Part shown: positions 51,124-55,815 of the stretch, piece by piece
Position numbering within the stretch: position 1 is the first letter of the stretch
Layout of the letters: every line of letters starts with the position of its first letter
Virus record (IMG/VR): IMGVR_UViG_3300032291_001093
Coordinates: 1 to 55,815 of that record
DNA: 55,815 nt
From: a virus
Lineage: Duplodnaviria; Caudoviricetes
Direction: 5' to 3' (one strand)
The notes under the pieces: generated by a model
Database searches by the model: none
The model's input: only the letters and a program-made list of their open reading frames with translations
Told to the model about the DNA's origin: nothing
Translations under genes and position numbers: made by a program

Positions 51124-52623
51124 TTATTTGATACCAAGACGTTCTCTCAAAAAGCCTGATGTTATTGGGCCAGTGCTGGGCGCTGCGCCTTTGGGTATGC
51201 CTGTTGGGTAAGCAATATTCATTTGCTTTTCTCTGTAGCTATCAAACATTCTTTGAAATTCTTTAGTGTCTTCAAACTCATCGTAAGTCAACTTTGATTT
51301 ACGCAATGCACTAGAAAGACTTGATTCAAAGTTTGATTTCTCTTTCAAGAATTTCAGCTTTTGATTAAATGTTCGTAAAGTATCATCCAAATTAGGCCCC
51401 ATGGCATTGACCATCTGTTGCTCAAAGTTAGAGACAGATGTACCAGAACCTAAACCTTTGCGTTGTTCAAATTGGGTTATTGCAAGCAATTGACCAACCT
51501 CAGAAGCCCTATCAATAATTCTTTGATCAACACCAGATTCTGTCAAGATTTGTTTAATTGCAGGGACTCCAACGCTAAAGTTCCCAACTCGCAAGCTTTC
51601 ATTAAGCAAATTACCAATTCCAGACAATACATCACCGCGCTTTAAGACACCCATAACCTGATCCATGCCAGGCTCTTTAAGTAACTTTTCCGTTCTGTCA
51701 TAAATTGGCAATAAAGCTTTGGCTGATTTTCCAGAGGCCATAACTTCATCAGTACGATTTTGTTCGGACTTTGCGCCTTCTCTTGCAAGAGTTTTATTTC
51801 TTTCTTCTTGTATGTCTTGTTGTCTTTTTAACTCCGCTGGAGTTTGTGCGATTTTTGTTCCCTTAACTAGCTCTGCTGTTGCTTGTAACGCTTCTTGAGT
51901 TGGTTCAGGAAGAGATGTAGTGTTTCTCTTAACAACATCCCAATAGGTTTTTGCATCACCTTTGGTTCGCGCTTGGTCAAACTCTATGGCATCGGCTTCC
52001 GACATTGGAACAGTCATGGCTTGGCGACCAGCTTTTGGATCGCCCGGAACAAATCTTTCCACAGTAGTTTTTCCACCAAAAGGTGTATATTCTTTAGCTA
52101 GTTTATTAGCAAATCCACCGGGTTGCACAGATACAGAATCCAACATCAACTTGTATTCAGTTTCCAAAGCCTCACCAAGCTCTTTATTTCTATATTTAAT
52201 AGCGGCAATTTTTGCTGGACTCATGGGTTGACCACGAACATTTAAGGTCGGACCAGATTCTTGGTTATCTTGAACCCTGCTATCAAGCATTTCCAAGCCT
52301 TTTTGCTTCATTGCTTGCTCCCTTTGAGCTTGAGCAAGTTGCAGACGCATTTGGGCAAGATCCATTTGCTCTTTTTCTTGTTGAGCTTGCACTCCGCGAA
52401 CAGCTTTAGCAGCTTGTCCCAAGCCCTCACCAAAAGATCCCGTAGGAGTTGGTGACAACAATCCCTCAGCAATAGCTAGAAGAGTGTTGCCAGATCCTCG
52501 GTTCTGACGAGCTTCTAGTGTAGACATCAGTTGCTGCATAGCGGTGCTATAAGCCTCATCCGCAGAGGGTGACTCTGTTGCGCCTACTGGTTTAAGAGCG
52601 GCTTGTAGTGGAGATGTTGCCAT
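51124..52623 (-). CDS. Putative ejection protein
   Basis: 499 aa helical; GLLSPTPTGSFGE.LG, GTSVSNFE. Confidence 0.6.
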   Translation of the reverse strand: MATSPLQAALKPVGATESPSADEAYSTAMQQLMSTLEARQNRGSGNTLLAIAEGLLSPTPTGSFGEGLGQAAKAVRGVQAQQEKEQMDLAQMRLQLAQAQREQAMKQKGLEMLDSRVQDNQESGPTLNVRGQPMSPAKIAAIKYRNKELGEALETEYKLMLDSVSVQPGGFANKLAKEYTPFGGKTTVERFVPGDPKAGRQAMTVPMSEADAIEFDQARTKGDAKTYWDVVKRNTTSLPEPTQEALQATAELVKGTKIAQTPAELKRQQDIQEERNKTLAREGAKSEQNRTDEVMASGKSAKALLPIYDRTEKLLKEPGMDQVMGVLKRGDVLSGIGNLLNESLRVGNFSVGVPAIKQILTESGVDQRIIDRASEVGQLLAITQFEQRKGLGSGTSVSNFEQQMVNAMGPNLDDTLRTFNQKLKFLKEKSNFESSLSSALRKSKLTYDEFEDTKEFQRMFDSYREKQMNIAYPTGIPKGAAPSTGPITSGFLRERLGIK

Positions 52624-52644
52624 GATGTTTATTTCCCCAAAACT

Positions 52645-53622
52645 TTAAATAATTCCAGCATTTTCTTCAGCACTATTTCCGCTAACGCCAGTTGTATATG
52701 CATCATTTATTGCTGAATTATTTCCAAAATAACCAGATATATCGCTAACTGATGGAAGATTGCTGAAAATGTTCTTGAGCCAAGGATTCTTTGGATCCGT
52801 GCCACTTCCAACTATTGCGCCCAATCCAGCAATCTGAGACAGCGGAGAAGCCCCATAAACGCCTGACATAGGCCCTTTATAGGTCTCTGTAGTAGACATG
52901 GGATAGGTGTAACCCTTAAGCAGATTGGACACGTTAGTAGCTTGTGTCAAGGGAGCATTGATCTTGGCTTGCTCAAAAGCTTGCTGCTCTGCGCCAGCCT
53001 TAGTCATGGCTCCAGCACCAGCTAATCCCAACGTCTGCGCTTGTGCGCCTAGGTTGCCTTGTAGTTGTGCTGCTTGGGTTTGCATTTGCCCTTCATTAAT
53101 AGCGGCTTGCAGGGCTTGGGCATATCCTTGTTGTAAGGCTCCGGTTTGAGCGCCCAACAGATTAGCTTGCATGTCAGCAGCAGACTGTCCTAGAGCGTTT
53201 GCGTAGCGTTGGCTACCCAATCCACCACTACCCACAAAACCAGCCTTCAATTGAGGCATCAGGTTACGCTGGATGTTCTGCTGTTGCAGACGCTCCATCT
53301 CATTCACCACGCCTGTAGTGTAAGGATTCATTAAGGATTGAATCCTCTGAGGGGTCAACCCTTGAGCAACGCCCGAAGCAGTCTGTTGGGCTGCCGCAAG
53401 GCCTGGCTGATACGCTGTAGCGGCTCCAGGTACGGCGGCATAACCTTGCTGTTGCATGGCCGTCATAGGGGCTACAAGCTCTCCAGCAGGACGGTTCAAA
53501 GCAGCAGTACCTGCACCAGCTAATCCACTCAGGTAGTCCGTGTAATATTGTGGCGCTGTAGATGTAGATGTTTTGGTTGTGTTGACATCTGGCGCAATCG
53601 TACCTTGAAATAAGTTAGCCAT
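52645..53622 (-). CDS. Putative ejection/DNA-transfer protein
   Basis: Gln/Ala/Gly-rich; MNPYT..V, G.LGSQR, SPLSQIAG. Confidence 0.65.
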   Translation of the reverse strand: MANLFQGTIAPDVNTTKTSTSTAPQYYTDYLSGLAGAGTAALNRPAGELVAPMTAMQQQGYAAVPGAATAYQPGLAAAQQTASGVAQGLTPQRIQSLMNPYTTGVVNEMERLQQQNIQRNLMPQLKAGFVGSGGLGSQRYANALGQSAADMQANLLGAQTGALQQGYAQALQAAINEGQMQTQAAQLQGNLGAQAQTLGLAGAGAMTKAGAEQQAFEQAKINAPLTQATNVSNLLKGYTYPMSTTETYKGPMSGVYGASPLSQIAGLGAIVGSGTDPKNPWLKNIFSNLPSVSDISGYFGNNSAINDAYTTGVSGNSAEENAGII

Positions 53623-53689
53623 GATTTTTCCTTGACTTTAAGTAATCTAGTGGTGATTTTAACGCAGTCGCATATTTTTTAGAATTCAT
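53615..53689 (-). pseudogene. 24-aa mini-ORF resembling the upstream protein's C-terminus
   Basis: MNSKKYATALKSPLDYLKSRKNHG versus KSKSPLQYL; overlaps both neighbouring genes. Confidence 0.5.
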
Positions 53690-55692
53690 TTTTTATCCAG
53701 CTTTTTTTTAGCATCAGACAAGTATTGCAGGGGACTTTTTGACTTTGGGGGTATTGAGTTAATTGACCCTGATCTTTTGTGGGTGCGAATTTCTTGTCTA
53801 AACTTGTCAAGCAATTTCGATCCAGCTTTTGTAGAGCCATTTCCAAGAGCAGCAACAATTTCGGAATCCAGGACATACTCCCCGTCGGCAAGCATTGCTG
53901 GAATATCGTCACTCTGTCCATCCCCAGGCCCCGCCACATGCGCTCCATGCCTAAAGTCACCACGCATTTTGCCGCCGTGGTTCATCAGTGGAACTGATAA
54001 GCCGCCTTGTGCATACTTTTGTGCTCTCACAGAACCACCAGCCGCCATTAGGGGAGGTACAAGTCCACCCTTCTTTGCAGCATAAGGCACATTCAACAAA
54101 TTATCAATAGCACTTTGGTAAACGGAACTATCCCGAGATTCGTCATCCTTTTTTCCTAAGCCTAGAATGTCATCTATAGACTCTGCTTTACCATAATTAT
54201 AGTATTTGTCCAAAGGATCGCTTGGCATTTGTGGGCTAATTTGTTGCATTGGAATACCTTCTGCGGCCGCTACGTTTCTATACAAAGAAAGAGGATCTAT
54301 AAATTGTTTTTGATTTTCTTTAGTCTTTAAAAACTGTGGGCCTAAAAATGACATAGCACCAATAGCTTGTGCAGCGTCTGATAAACCAACAAAACTAGGT
54401 TGTTTTGCAGTAGATGGCGTAGCTGCTTTGGCAGTTGTGGGCTTGGCTGTAGTAGTTGTAGTTGGTGTGGTTGGTGTGGTTGTAGTTGTGGTTGGTGTAC
54501 TTACCACCGCACCCGTATTTACATCAATTTTCTTGTCATCAATAACTACAGTACTGCTGTCAACAACTTGTACATTTTCGCCAGTTGTTTCTACTGCAAC
54601 AATTTCATCAGTAATGGGGTCTCTTGTAATTACTGCGCCGCTACCTGAAACTGTATCTGTAACGGTAGTTGTTGTTGTGCTTGCGCCGCCGCCAGAAGAT
54701 GTGCTAGTTGTAATTCCTGTATCATTATTTACATTTGTTGTAGTTTCTGTCTTGCCATCTGTTTGAGTTGTTGTAACAGTATTATTATTTGCATTAGTGG
54801 TGGTAACTGATGTTGCGCCTGTTTGAGGATCAACACTGGTTTCAACATTAATGTTTGGGTCTGCTTTAGAAACTTCTTGAGCAACAGTTGCTGGATTTTC
54901 CCCAGAATTTGTGGCATCAATTACTGTTTGATTGATGTCTTGATTGGTATTTGTCGAAACACCTTCTGATGACCCAGAAATAAAAGAATTGTCCAATATG
55001 TCAGCATTCACTTGCTCAACATTTTTTGACGTAACGTCAACTGGAGTTAATTCTGAACGATGAGCATAATTGTAAGAAGGCGTGCCAGGAACGTAGTCCC
55101 CAGTCATGCTTTTATAAAGTTCATTCAGATAGCGGGTATCTTCATCATCTCGGCTTGGATATTGACTAAGTTGATCAAAAATATCTTTTGCAAAACCTTG
55201 ATCCATTGCTTTTTTAGCAATATCAGCAATTTCAGGAACAGCAAGTGCACCACCTATCTCAACAGCATCTAAACCACCAACTTTAGAAATAATGTCTTTA
55301 AGAAGAGTGCTACTTGACTTTGCCGCAGGAACTTCTTTTGCTTCAACGTCTATAGTGGTTGTAGGCTTTGCCGCAGAGTCTTTAACTCCAAAAGCTTTGT
55401 TGAAAGCATCAAGGTCTCCAGATGTGGCATACATTTTTTCAGCCATTTTCAAGTACTCAGATGGATTTGTTTTAGCAAACAATCTCTCATATTGTTCTTG
55501 AGTTAGGTTTTGCGGTTTTCCATTAACCTCATAGCTGTAGCCTGATGTTTGATCTCCAGTAATTGGCGCAGCAACCAATTGACCCTTTCCGCTAGAGTCA
55601 TAAGAAATAACGCCAATAGATATGGGACGACCCGTTGAGTCAACCATTAATTGACCAGCTTTGGGTTGTGGAATTTCTGGCATGTAATTACC
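53686..55692 (-). CDS. 3' part of the ~1233-aa origin-spanning virion protein
   Basis: Thr-rich linker and C-terminal GPGDGQSDDIPAMLADGEYV...LGNGS..AG domain; in frame with 1695..1. Confidence 0.88.
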   Translation of the reverse strand, partial: GNYMPEIPQPKAGQLMVDSTGRPISIGVISYDSSGKGQLVAAPITGDQTSGYSYEVNGKPQNLTQEQYERLFAKTNPSEYLKMAEKMYATSGDLDAFNKAFGVKDSAAKPTTTIDVEAKEVPAAKSSSTLLKDIISKVGGLDAVEIGGALAVPEIADIAKKAMDQGFAKDIFDQLSQYPSRDDEDTRYLNELYKSMTGDYVPGTPSYNYAHRSELTPVDVTSKNVEQVNADILDNSFISGSSEGVSTNTNQDINQTVIDATNSGENPATVAQEVSKADPNINVETSVDPQTGATSVTTTNANNNTVTTTQTDGKTETTTNVNNDTGITTSTSSGGGASTTTTTVTDTVSGSGAVITRDPITDEIVAVETTGENVQVVDSSTVVIDDKKIDVNTGAVVSTPTTTTTTPTTPTTTTTAKPTTAKAATPSTAKQPSFVGLSDAAQAIGAMSFLGPQFLKTKENQKQFIDPLSLYRNVAAAEGIPMQQISPQMPSDPLDKYYNYGKAESIDDILGLGKKDDESRDSSVYQSAIDNLLNVPYAAKKGGLVPPLMAAGGSVRAQKYAQGGLSVPLMNHGGKMRGDFRHGAHVAGPGDGQSDDIPAMLADGEYVLDSEIVAALGNGSTKAGSKLLDKFRQEIRTHKRSGSINSIPPKSKSPLQYLSDAKKKLDKK

Positions 55693-55815
55693 CGCAACCT
55701 GCACGTCAGGGGCTACTACAACCTCATTAATGGAACCAACATTTTCAACCGCAGTTTTTGTTGTACCCGCTACAGAATCCGCTACAGCCTTAGCTTCTTG
55801 GTCTGTTGCTCCAAG
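55693..55815. repeat. Terminal direct repeat, copy 2 (circular overlap)
   Basis: Identical to 1-123. Confidence 0.97.

Overview
This window is a complete, circularly permuted tailed-phage genome of about 55,692 bp; positions 1-123 are repeated at 55693-55815. The architecture is podovirus-like. Most genes are on the minus strand: TerS/TerL, portal, GroES, scaffold, major capsid protein, adaptor/nozzle-like proteins, a long modular tail-fibre region, a lysis cassette, and putative ejection proteins including a lytic transglycosylase. A lambdoid-like early/replication block holds a Cro-like HTH, a DUF1376/YdaU-like initiator, an SF4 helicase, a C5 methyltransferase, RusA and a Ref-like nuclease. 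A divergent plus-strand block holds an SSB-like protein, an HNH and a PD-(D/E)XK exonuclease. I recognised no integrase, CI-type repressor, DNA or RNA polymerase, tRNA or CRISPR array. An aquatic proteobacterial host is a guess from gene content only. The most striking feature is two independent dual-frame coding systems. (1) A 277-aa intein in the terminase Walker B has no in-frame endonuclease, but a complete HNH/zinc-finger nuclease with its own ribosome-binding site is overprinted inside it in another frame. (2) A cytosine methyltransferase has its TRD-like repeats and motif IX on a second 304-aa protein nested in the +1 frame, while motifs I-VIII and X stay in the first frame. Also notable: a promoter-driven structured RNA with antisense-like loop/target pairings between TerL and portal; a structured leader on the replication gene; a TTAAC-N5-GTTAA operator at five early sites; and a ~1233-aa origin-spanning virion protein with S-layer-like repeats, flanked at both ends by relics of a second allele. 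All family assignments come from motif recognition by eye, not from database searches.
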